In this document: positions 56,752-64,000 of the stretch, piece by piece
Position numbering within the stretch: the stretch's first letter is position 1
Layout of the letters: each line of letters starts with the position of its first letter
NCBI GenBank assembly: GCA_050179755.1
Contig: JBFXEV010000001.1
Location: forward strand, 265,994-329,993
From: Candidatus Babeliales bacterium
GTDB lineage: Bacteria > Babelota > Babeliae > Babelales > JBFXEV01
DNA length: 64,000 nt
Direction: 5' to 3'
Notes under the pieces: model-generated
What the model saw: the letters and a program-made list of their open reading frames with translations, nothing else
Databases searched by the model: none
What the model was told of the DNA's origin: nothing
Position numbers and translations under genes: made by a program

Positions 56752-58344
56752 TTATGTATTAATTGCAATACGTGATGCCAAGTATTTAATATCATCATCA
56801 CCAAATCTAACACCCGCACCAAAGAATGCGTTGGCATTATGACGGCTGATAAAGTCATCAGCACCAAAAGTCATATAGATATTATTGAGAATAAAGAGAC
56901 GGTTGATCCATTTTAAGTGAGGTCTGCTATCCTCTATGCGATCACGGCCACGGAAATCAAACGCTTCAAACGTGGTCACCCAACGGAAGTTATCGGTATC
57001 AAACGGTATTTCCACATCAATACCCACACCCACCGAGCTTTCCATTAAACCAAACCGTAACGCGATATCTTTATAAATACGTGCGAATTGCAAGCCAAAT
57101 TTAAATGTATCAAACTTACGCTTGGTGGTGCGAATATTACCAATCAGTTCTGGAATAAACACACCCTTCTCAATCAACTCACTCGTGAGCAATGGTCGCT
57201 CAAGTTCGTCAAACCATTCTTTTTCTACCCATTTACGTGTTAAGTTACCACGCATGGTGCCTACTAACTGCGCAAGATAAAAGTAATCGTCTGTTGGATG
57301 AATACGAATATCTAAATAACCTTTACTATCTTCAAAAGTGGTATATTCTGCAGGGCGGAACATATATTCACCATGCGTATCAAAGACAACGGTCAAAGCA
57401 TCTACTTTGGCAAAATAATTCTTGAGGCCTCGCACCGCAAATTTAATATCATTATACGTTTCCTCTTCATTAACCAATTTGCCAAGAAGACCTTTACCCT
57501 GATCGATTTTCTCTGCAACTGAATTAATATTACGGAATCCGTCACGCGCTTGGAGCGCGGCATCTTCTAGCGATTTGGCAGTTTGCTCTACGTTACCCGC
57601 AACACGGTTAAAGTCGCGATCAAACACACTTGCAATGCGTTCTATGCTTTCTTTGAGCACCGGCACTTGCTCGCGAATATCTCGCGCAAATTCAGAAAAA
57701 TCAGTTATCATACCACTGATAGATTGCTCATTGCCAGATAAAGTACGATCAATCGCTTCGGAGAATGAGGCAAAACGTTCTGCTGCAAGATGAATATTAT
57801 TAATAGTCTCACGCATTTGATGTTTACCATGTTCACCACCCACGCTTTCGGCAAGCGAACCTGTTATTTCTTCTACGTTATCAGCAATAGATTTTACTTT
57901 ATGCAAAAGATCATCAAACGAAACTTGCGATCTACATGGCTTACCCAAAGAGTCACCACCACCTAAACGAGGCAGCGCAGGATCACCCGGCATTACTTCT
58001 AAATATTTGGTGCCCAAGAGGCCCTCTTGCCGCACCGTAGCACACGCATCTTCACGTAATACATATTCTTTTGAAACGCGAATTAATGCGCTTGCTTGCC
58101 TGCCATCGTCTATTAAACCAAGGTCTTCTATCCAGCCAACAGTAACACCTGCTATTTTTACATCGCCTTTTTTTTCAATGCCTGATAAATCAGAAAAATA
58201 GACGGTATACGTATTGTAGTTTGCACTATCAAGACGGAAGACGCCTAATTTAAAACTCATAAAAAAGAAAATACCGAGCGCTACAAGAATAAAAATACCA
58301 ACGCGCGTTTCTGTTTTAATTTGCAACATTAACCCTTTACTCAA
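56752..58344 (-). CDS. mlaD: MCE/MlaD-domain protein with long helical region and beta-rich C-terminus
   Basis: ETRVGIFILVA TM, GDVKIAGVTVGWI, GLLGTKYLEVMPG, GKGLLGKLVNEE. Confidence 0.85.
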   Translation of the reverse strand: MSKGLMLQIKTETRVGIFILVALGIFFFMSFKLGVFRLDSANYNTYTVYFSDLSGIEKKGDVKIAGVTVGWIEDLGLIDDGRQASALIRVSKEYVLREDACATVRQEGLLGTKYLEVMPGDPALPRLGGGDSLGKPCRSQVSFDDLLHKVKSIADNVEEITGSLAESVGGEHGKHQMRETINNIHLAAERFASFSEAIDRTLSGNEQSISGMITDFSEFARDIREQVPVLKESIERIASVFDRDFNRVAGNVEQTAKSLEDAALQARDGFRNINSVAEKIDQGKGLLGKLVNEEETYNDIKFAVRGLKNYFAKVDALTVVFDTHGEYMFRPAEYTTFEDSKGYLDIRIHPTDDYFYLAQLVGTMRGNLTRKWVEKEWFDELERPLLTSELIEKGVFIPELIGNIRTTKRKFDTFKFGLQFARIYKDIALRFGLMESSVGVGIDVEIPFDTDNFRWVTTFEAFDFRGRDRIEDSRPHLKWINRLFILNNIYMTFGADDFISRHNANAFFGAGVRFGDDDIKYLASRIAINT

Positions 58345-59480
58345 ATCACATAGAGTCGTTTAATAACAAAAGATGTAGAACGATCTCCTTCAGGATCTCG
58401 TCTTTCTATAATAGCAAAAATTTTCTGAGAAATATCGCCTACCGTACCTCTACTAATTACAGAAAAGGTATCCGGCTCAAAAGAAGCGCTTAATAATGGC
58501 TTTAATTCAGTATTAATTGCCGTTAATTCTTTTCCATACAAAAGTTGTGGCCCCTTTGGCCACACAGCATCAAGCGAAGTTATTGATAGCGCTTTCTGCT
58601 CTAATGCTTGCTCGGTCATTTGTTTACGTACTTTAAGATCATCATATGCTACACGATTAAATCCAAACACTGCGCATAGCGCGTCAGAAAGCAACCAAGC
58701 GTTTGCCGTTTCTTGATCAGACCAAATCGTAAATAGATCGGTTAAATACACAACTTGCTTCTTTCCTTTTGGCAAATCTTTTTTAATTTGTAATGGTGGT
58801 TCATAAAATTGGCGCGATGCAAACACGTCTTGAAACTCTTTCACCCGGAGCAATTCTGTGACCTCATGTAACTTAGAGTGCCGTTGTTTTAAAAATTTTT
58901 CAAATACTCCAAACAAATTTTTATCTTTCGTGTAAAGTGATAATTTTGCAAACACTGATTGCATCACCTTACGCATATCACCTTGCGGTTTTCCTTCATT
59001 AATAAATTTTTTTGCTTTAAAGTCGAAAATCTCATTTATATTAATTTTACCCTGCTCTGCACATATACAGATTTCGAGTGTTCCCTTAATGCCATCTACT
59101 GCTTGTGTGAGCGGATATTTTTGCCAATGATTAAGCGTGGGCATAAGCGCTTTAAATAACTTTGTGCGCCTTTGCTCTTCTATACTTGGCCCTTTTTTTT
59201 CTGCCCCTCGATACAAATCGCTAGGCGATTCACTCGGGGTGAGCGGTTGATTAGTTTTCTGATCTTTTTTTTCATCTACATTTGCAGCAAGTTGGCTCAT
59301 GGCAACTTGCACACCACTTAACGCAAGCTGCAGTGCCTTTTCTCGTTTAATAACAATAGCATCAAAAAATATAAACGGCGTTGCACGATTATAAAGCCCT
59401 GTAACAATCACCATAATGAGCGAAAGCATTGAAAGTGCAAGAATAAGTATATAGCCGTGTTTTGAACGTGCATTATTCAT
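58341..59480 (-). CDS. gspK: T2SS minor pseudopilin GspK
   Basis: HG|YILILAL without E5, ALQLALSGV, EQGKININ; start re-assigned to 59480. Confidence 0.75.
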   Translation of the reverse strand: MNNARSKHGYILILALSMLSLIMVIVTGLYNRATPFIFFDAIVIKREKALQLALSGVQVAMSQLAANVDEKKDQKTNQPLTPSESPSDLYRGAEKKGPSIEEQRRTKLFKALMPTLNHWQKYPLTQAVDGIKGTLEICICAEQGKININEIFDFKAKKFINEGKPQGDMRKVMQSVFAKLSLYTKDKNLFGVFEKFLKQRHSKLHEVTELLRVKEFQDVFASRQFYEPPLQIKKDLPKGKKQVVYLTDLFTIWSDQETANAWLLSDALCAVFGFNRVAYDDLKVRKQMTEQALEQKALSITSLDAVWPKGPQLLYGKELTAINTELKPLLSASFEPDTFSVISRGTVGDISQKIFAIIERRDPEGDRSTSFVIKRLYVI

Positions 59481-60648
59481 TATGTTTGCCCTTAACAACC
59501 TTAGTCTCTTTTTTAGAGGTCAAAAATGATTTATTAGTAAGCGCTTTAAAATCAACATCAGGAAGCGTTATTTTAAATACTTGCTCGCCCAATTCTTTTA
59601 ACTTCTGTTCCGTTTTAGGCTTAAACGTAAGTTGCAATTCTGCACGTTTGGTAGTTTGATTTGTTGTTTGGGCATTTGGAAGCATTGGTTTAGGAGGCAA
59701 TTTCTTTTTCTTCTTTTTTTCTTCTAAAGTAAAGCTTGCAATAGGATAATTAAGCGTAAATTCTCTAAAGGATTTACCTGTTGCATCCCACAATTCAAAT
59801 TTTGCAGTAATTATTTGTGGCATTGGTGGTACTCTTTTTTCTTGCGCTTCTTGACTTGTTTTAAATGGCCAGTCTTTACGAGACTCAATTTTTTGAACCT
59901 CCGGCGTTGCTGGCTTAGCTTGATCCGCTGCTGCTGAAGTTTTGGCGGGAGGCAAAGAACCTAGTGCTGGCAAGCCTTCTTTGGGTTGTTCTTTACTTTC
60001 TTCTTTTTTTACTGGATATGAAAAATCAAGCGTCATTTTTTTTATACTAGTTAGGAGCGCATATCCTCTGACAGGTTTTGCAGCTTTTTTCTCTAATGCT
60101 GCCGCATCTAGTTCTTCTGACTCTTGGCGAAACAATGAAAATGAATCTTCTTTATTAGGATCTACAATTAGCCTATACATTACACGCACCATACGTGGCT
60201 TTACCGTAATGTTTGCCGCTTTTTCATACACGCTCACGGGATTAGTAGTAATAAATGTAAACTCTGTTACTTGCCCCGTATCGCCATTTACGCTGTAAAA
60301 TAATTTATCCGGCAGTTTTTGTGCTTTTGCCTGTGCATCGAGCATATTTTTTTCATTCGCTTGCTGAGTGGGAGGCGTTGGCGATGGCTTGGCTTTATCT
60401 AATGCGTTAGGCGCTTGAGGTTTTTCCTGAGTTTGCGTAATTTCAAATTTGTCGGGCATAAAGATGCCAATCGTATCGCGCTCAAATTGATGATGAAAAT
60501 TGGCAACGCGCATATCAAGATCCATAATATCATCGGCAATTTCTGCCGTGATGGTAGTATTGCGTACGCTTTGGAATAATGAAATAGCAAGCAAAGACGC
60601 CAAGAATATGCCAACCATTAGTTCAATAATACTATAACCCTGTTTCAT
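59473..60648 (-). CDS. gspJ: T2SS minor pseudopilin GspJ-like
   Basis: QG|YSIIELMV prepilin motif; operon order F-G-H-I-J-K. Confidence 0.68.
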   Translation of the reverse strand: MKQGYSIIELMVGIFLASLLAISLFQSVRNTTITAEIADDIMDLDMRVANFHHQFERDTIGIFMPDKFEITQTQEKPQAPNALDKAKPSPTPPTQQANEKNMLDAQAKAQKLPDKLFYSVNGDTGQVTEFTFITTNPVSVYEKAANITVKPRMVRVMYRLIVDPNKEDSFSLFRQESEELDAAALEKKAAKPVRGYALLTSIKKMTLDFSYPVKKEESKEQPKEGLPALGSLPPAKTSAAADQAKPATPEVQKIESRKDWPFKTSQEAQEKRVPPMPQIITAKFELWDATGKSFREFTLNYPIASFTLEEKKKKKKLPPKPMLPNAQTTNQTTKRAELQLTFKPKTEQKLKELGEQVFKITLPDVDFKALTNKSFLTSKKETKVVKGKHNE

Positions 60649-61046
60649 TTCTTTTCTCTATCCTCTGGCTTTTCGTGTTTATAAAGAAATGAAATCATAG
60701 TTTCTTGATCTTGGCCCCATACAGCTTTTGCACGCTCAATATGCAAGTCTTCTATCTTTGACAAACTTGATTCTTTTTTAGGACGAAAACTTTCATAAGT
60801 TAAAATTAAGCTTCCCTTCTTTTGCTCTGGCGGATGCGTTTTACCAAGCATACGATCTTGCGCGACATGAATAAATAATTCTCTAAGTGCCAAAGTAGAT
60901 CTGAGCGACCGTGACCAACGCCCTAACTGCTCAAGAATAGTTGATTGTGAAACAAAAGCAGAAGATAAAATCATACCCATCATAAAAATGGTAAGCATAA
61001 TTTCTATAAACGTAACGCCTGCCTTATGGCTTTTGGAATGTTTCAT
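60645..61046 (-). CDS. gspI: T2SS minor pseudopilin GspI-like
   Basis: AG|VTFIEIML prepilin motif; operon position. Confidence 0.65.
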   Translation of the reverse strand: MKHSKSHKAGVTFIEIMLTIFMMGMILSSAFVSQSTILEQLGRWSRSLRSTLALRELFIHVAQDRMLGKTHPPEQKKGSLILTYESFRPKKESSLSKIEDLHIERAKAVWGQDQETMISFLYKHEKPEDREKK

Positions 61047-61587
61047 ACGTCGCCAATTGCGCGGTAAAAGGGTTAATAACCAAGCTTAATGGCAAACTAG
61101 AATCACCTACCGCCTCTTCTATATTTATAATAACTTCTTGCACCATGCCGTCTGGAACAACATAGAACCAAATGGCATTTGTCTTTCGCCCTCCAGTATT
61201 CAGCCCATTAGTGCCTTGAATGTAAAATTCTTTAAATGTAATAGATTTAGGCCACGTAAAAGACGCAGCGTCATATGCTCTTGTTATTGGCGCAAAGACT
61301 TCTTTATCCTCTTGTGGCTCATTTGTTTGCATTTCAGTTGCCATCACGCGCTTTTCTAAATCAAAATACACTCTATGCACTTTGCCAGTGGAAAGGGCGC
61401 GTTGCCACGCAACAGCAAGTAACGTACGCACATTATCTACAAACTGTTCTTGCTTAAATGCTGGGCGTACGTTACGCAATACCCGCAAACCAAAGGTTGT
61501 CATGAATCCTATAATGAACATGACAACCAGTATTTCGAGTAATGAAAATCCGCTATTTCGACCAAACTGAAATACGCTCACTCGCAT
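61024..61587 (-). CDS. gspH: T2SS minor pseudopilin GspH-like
   Basis: SG|FSLLEILVV; IWFYVVPDG; start re-assigned to 61587. Confidence 0.7.
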   Translation of the reverse strand: MRVSVFQFGRNSGFSLLEILVVMFIIGFMTTFGLRVLRNVRPAFKQEQFVDNVRTLLAVAWQRALSTGKVHRVYFDLEKRVMATEMQTNEPQEDKEVFAPITRAYDAASFTWPKSITFKEFYIQGTNGLNTGGRKTNAIWFYVVPDGMVQEVIINIEEAVGDSSLPLSLVINPFTAQLATYETFQKP

Positions 61588-61936
61588 CACCCCCAGGACC
61601 TTCTGAGCCATATGAATCCAATTCATACGGGTGTTTGCCACCTTCGGTTATTTTATATTTTAAAGCATTACCCCAACCATCTTTAGGTATTTCTTTTAAA
61701 TAACGTGGCTTTAAATCATTAAGGCTTGCAGGATATTCGTCATTACGTGCATGGTAACCATCAATAGCCATCTTAACTATCTGCAGTGCCTGCTCGGTGG
61801 TAGACACATTTGCTCTATGCCGGACCGTACGTATTCCTACAAAAGCTGCCACCATAAGTAAGCCTACAAGAAACGTATATGCCATTAACTCCATCATGGA
61901 GAAGCCCGCCTGGGTATGCCTATTTGCTTGAATCAT
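61553..61936 (-). CDS. gspG: T2SS major pseudopilin GspG
   Basis: AG|FSMMELM, YP..L..L, PKDGWGN..Y, SYGSEG. Confidence 0.85.
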   Translation of the reverse strand: MIQANRHTQAGFSMMELMAYTFLVGLLMVAAFVGIRTVRHRANVSTTEQALQIVKMAIDGYHARNDEYPASLNDLKPRYLKEIPKDGWGNALKYKITEGGKHPYELDSYGSEGPGGDASERISVWSK

Positions 61937-62050
61937 AAAATTCCTTTCTACTTTTTCATCAATACCAATTTGTCATCTGTCATGACACCCTATCATAACA
62001 TTGCCGCATACTTGCTACTATATACTTATCAATAATCTAATATTTATTTC

Positions 62051-63274
62051 CTACATGTTAGTCATACTTGATTGTGCTCCCGTCATTACTCCCATAATAG
62101 ACAGAACTACAAATCCTACTACTATTGCTACTACTACCATCATTATCGGTTCTAATAAAGCCGTCAAGTTATCTGAATATTCAGAAAGATCTGTTTCATA
62201 ATTTTGCGCAACGAGCAATAACATTTCATCGAGCTTACCCGTTTCTTCACCCGTTTTAATTAAATAAATAGCAATCGGGGGGAAAATACCAGTCTGCTGC
62301 AAATAATCCGCTATACGGCCTTCTTTAATAATTTTTTCTCGTGCTTGCCGCAAGGTATCTGCCAAAACACGGTTATCTACTATGCTTACTACAATATCAA
62401 GTGCTTGCGTTAAATTAACACCACCTGCCAAAAGCATGCCAAGCGTTCTACAAAACTGCACGATTACATTCATGCGAGAAAAATAACCTATGATAGGTAA
62501 TTTTAACTTTAACCTATCAAGAAAGCGAGCGCCTTGAGCAGTGCGCCGCCAATACATAAATGCAGCAACTAGCATTATCAAAAAAGCTATAATATAAAGA
62601 TAATAAGAAGTCACAAACGTAGAAACACTCATCATTAATGCAGTAGAACCAGGCAATTTGCCACCCATTGACTCTACCATTTCTGCAAGTTGCGGCACCA
62701 CAAATACCAAAAGACCGATTACTACCAAAAAAACTACCCCAAGTTGAATAAGCGGCGTTCGCAATGCACCGCGCACTTTTTTAATGATAGCTTCTCGTTG
62801 CTCCATATAATCAACTAAGCGATCAAGCACTTTTTCCAAATTACCGCTTGCCTCTCCTGCACGCACCAACTGTACATAAATAGTATCAAAATCTTTGGGA
62901 TATCTGCTTAAGTTTTCTGCAAGCGATTGACCTTCTTTAACGCCATCTTTAATAGAGATTAACATAGAGCGTAAGCGGCCTTTAAATTGATCAATAAGAA
63001 GTTCAAGAGCTCTGAGTAACGGCACACCAGATCGCAATAACACTGCAAGTTGTTTGGTAAATAATATTTTATCTTTTAAACTAATTGACCTACTAAATAT
63101 GCCCGTGATTCGTTGCCATAAGCTCTGCGTATATTCTGTTGCACGCTCTATAGTAATGGGATAAGCACCTTGCTTGATAAGTTGCTCTTTTACATGCGTG
63201 GCAGAAGGGGCATCTATTGTGCCCGAAATTTTTTTACCATCTTTGGCAAATGCTTGATACGAATATAATGCCAT
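62051..63274 (-). CDS. gspF: T2SS inner-membrane protein GspF (PilC family)
   Basis: FTKQLAVLLRSGVPL, AGEASGNL, GEETGKLDEML, LLEPIMM. Confidence 0.93.
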   Translation of the reverse strand: MALYSYQAFAKDGKKISGTIDAPSATHVKEQLIKQGAYPITIERATEYTQSLWQRITGIFSRSISLKDKILFTKQLAVLLRSGVPLLRALELLIDQFKGRLRSMLISIKDGVKEGQSLAENLSRYPKDFDTIYVQLVRAGEASGNLEKVLDRLVDYMEQREAIIKKVRGALRTPLIQLGVVFLVVIGLLVFVVPQLAEMVESMGGKLPGSTALMMSVSTFVTSYYLYIIAFLIMLVAAFMYWRRTAQGARFLDRLKLKLPIIGYFSRMNVIVQFCRTLGMLLAGGVNLTQALDIVVSIVDNRVLADTLRQAREKIIKEGRIADYLQQTGIFPPIAIYLIKTGEETGKLDEMLLLVAQNYETDLSEYSDNLTALLEPIMMVVVAIVVGFVVLSIMGVMTGAQSSMTNM

Positions 63275-63457
63275 TCATTTTTTCCTTTAAGACTACTTTT
63301 ATCAAAATTCAAAAACTTCGCCATCAAGCCCATTCATGGGCGCAGTCCGGCGAAACTGGCCGAGTCCGATGACCCGGACCGAGTGTAGACGGGTTGCTTT
63401 GCGCAATTTTCGTGGTACCCTCAAATATATATATTTCATTTTTTAGGAGTTTCTGCC

Positions 63458-64000
63458 ATGAAATACACATCCTTATTTCTTACTCTCTTTATAAGTTTCT
63501 CTTTTTTTATGGAGAGTGCAAATGCACACCCTGATGACGGGCAAGTGTTTAATGCTGAACAATGGAACATTGAAGAACAAGATCCATTAACATTATTTTG
63601 CTCACCGGTAAAATTTACACGCTCAGGAGTGCGTTGCTTTCTAAAACATGTCTTAAATCGTGCAGAATATTGCCAAGATTTTTATCCTCACAGCTTTTCG
63701 CATGTGATTGAATTTCTTGAATATGGCAATAGAACCGAACAAGATCTAGAATATATTATATCAACTCTTCGTCTTTTTAATAATAAGCTTAAAGGTTCAC
63801 GCTTTGTAACCGCAACTGCTTATTCAACATTTTTAGAACAATTACCTGCAACAATTGCAACATACGCAAAACCTAAAGAAGAAAGCGTATGGGAAAATAT
63901 TCAAAAATCTATAAAGTCAATTTTATATAATTCATTCTTAACTCGATTCTCATTCTTTAAAGAAGAACCAGATACGTTCTTTAATGATATTACCGAACAA
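63458..64000 (+). CDS. Hypothetical secreted protein, runs off the window end
   Basis: AGGAG RBS, ATG 63458, MKYTSLFLTLFISFSFFMESANA|HPDD, open to 64000. Confidence 0.7.
   Translation, partial: MKYTSLFLTLFISFSFFMESANAHPDDGQVFNAEQWNIEEQDPLTLFCSPVKFTRSGVRCFLKHVLNRAEYCQDFYPHSFSHVIEFLEYGNRTEQDLEYIISTLRLFNNKLKGSRFVTATAYSTFLEQLPATIATYAKPKEESVWENIQKSIKSILYNSFLTRFSFFKEEPDTFFNDITEQ

Noticed and set aside
1..64000. tRNA, rRNA, tmRNA, RNase P RNA or transposase genes
   Set aside because: No cloverleaf with T-loop and CCA, rRNA signature, GAGGAAAGTCC motif or DDE/HUH ORF was recognised by eye; an Infernal scan would be needed to be sure.

Overview
AT-rich bacterial chromosome segment. Gene content points to an obligate intracellular parasite of protists, most likely Candidatus Dependentiae (TM6/Babelota); this assignment is inferred, not proven. 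Supporting content: many signal-peptide ankyrin proteins, a minimal ftsQ-like/ftsA/ftsZ cluster, tandem orphan beta-barrels, type 2 ValRS and a deoxynucleoside kinase. Housekeeping genes include tamB, bamD, yraN, cdsA, hisS, galE, secA, pgeF, ftsH, ftsZ, ftsA, rlmB, tyrS, valS, ybeY and mlaD. A type II secretion system is split between gspE plus a pseudopilin at the start and gspFGHIJK at the end. Islands of orphan secreted proteins lie between these genes. The most striking pattern is that at least 11 orphan proteins have Met immediately after the predicted signal peptidase I site (A/G/S|M-D/E/N/L/K). The exported mature chain would then carry a eukaryote-like N-terminus. Several of these also carry host-directed motifs: a C-terminal CaaX box (CVIC), an F-box-like motif, or tail anchors with a shared unnamed domain. 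Together these suggest an undescribed Sec/T2SS effector class. Also present: a modular secreted family including a J-domain protein, three Cys-rich outer-membrane barrel paralogs, a roughly 500-bp highly structured non-coding element, REP-like palindromes and a RelE/HigA-type toxin-antitoxin pair. No tRNA, rRNA, CRISPR array or transposase was recognised.
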